Source: Octopus bimaculoides
Lineage: Eukaryota
NCBI RefSeq assembly: GCF_001194135.2
Contig: NC_068998.1
Coordinates: forward strand, 34,899,875-34,963,874
DNA length: 64,000 nucleotides
Direction: 5' to 3'
Shown in pieces: positions 63,961-64,000 of this stretch. The translations under genes were made by a program, and so were the position numbers. The notes under the pieces were generated by a model. It had not been told where the DNA came from and made no database searches. It saw only the letters and a program-made list of their open reading frames with translations. Positions within the stretch are counted from its first letter, which is position 1; every line of letters begins with the position of its first letter.

Positions 63961-64000
63961 TATCCATGCCAGCATGGAAAATGGATGCTAAAATGATGAT

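Overview
AT-rich, gap-containing eukaryotic genomic DNA with very dense microsatellites ((AT)n, (CA)n, (CT)n, (TAA)n, (GAT)n, (TAGA)n). The SINE/LINE repertoire looks like a coleoid cephalopod (octopus); this is my inference from remembered repeat families, not a database result. There is no intact protein-coding gene. Most supplied ORFs are microsatellite or N-gap artefacts, and only 2-3 weak minus-strand exon candidates remain. Recognisable content is decayed transposons (hAT, maT/Tc1, mariner, pogo/Tigger, piggyBac- and Tc1-type MITEs, RTE and R4/Dong LINE ends, a probable Helitron helicase relic) and at least four SINE-like families. The most unusual signal is about 11 type-I hammerhead ribozyme motifs (about 7 with an unmutated CUGANGA/GAAA core) from several sequence families. 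Most have self-complementary stem III sequences, and many sit as opposite-strand pairs in the two arms of long fold-back elements (5.5-6.4, 30.9-31.2, 33.3-33.7, 35.0-35.3 kb). The youngest is a Penelope-like 3' end carrying a tRNA-derived Pol III promoter upstream of its hammerhead. All folds were read by eye and no activity is demonstrated.
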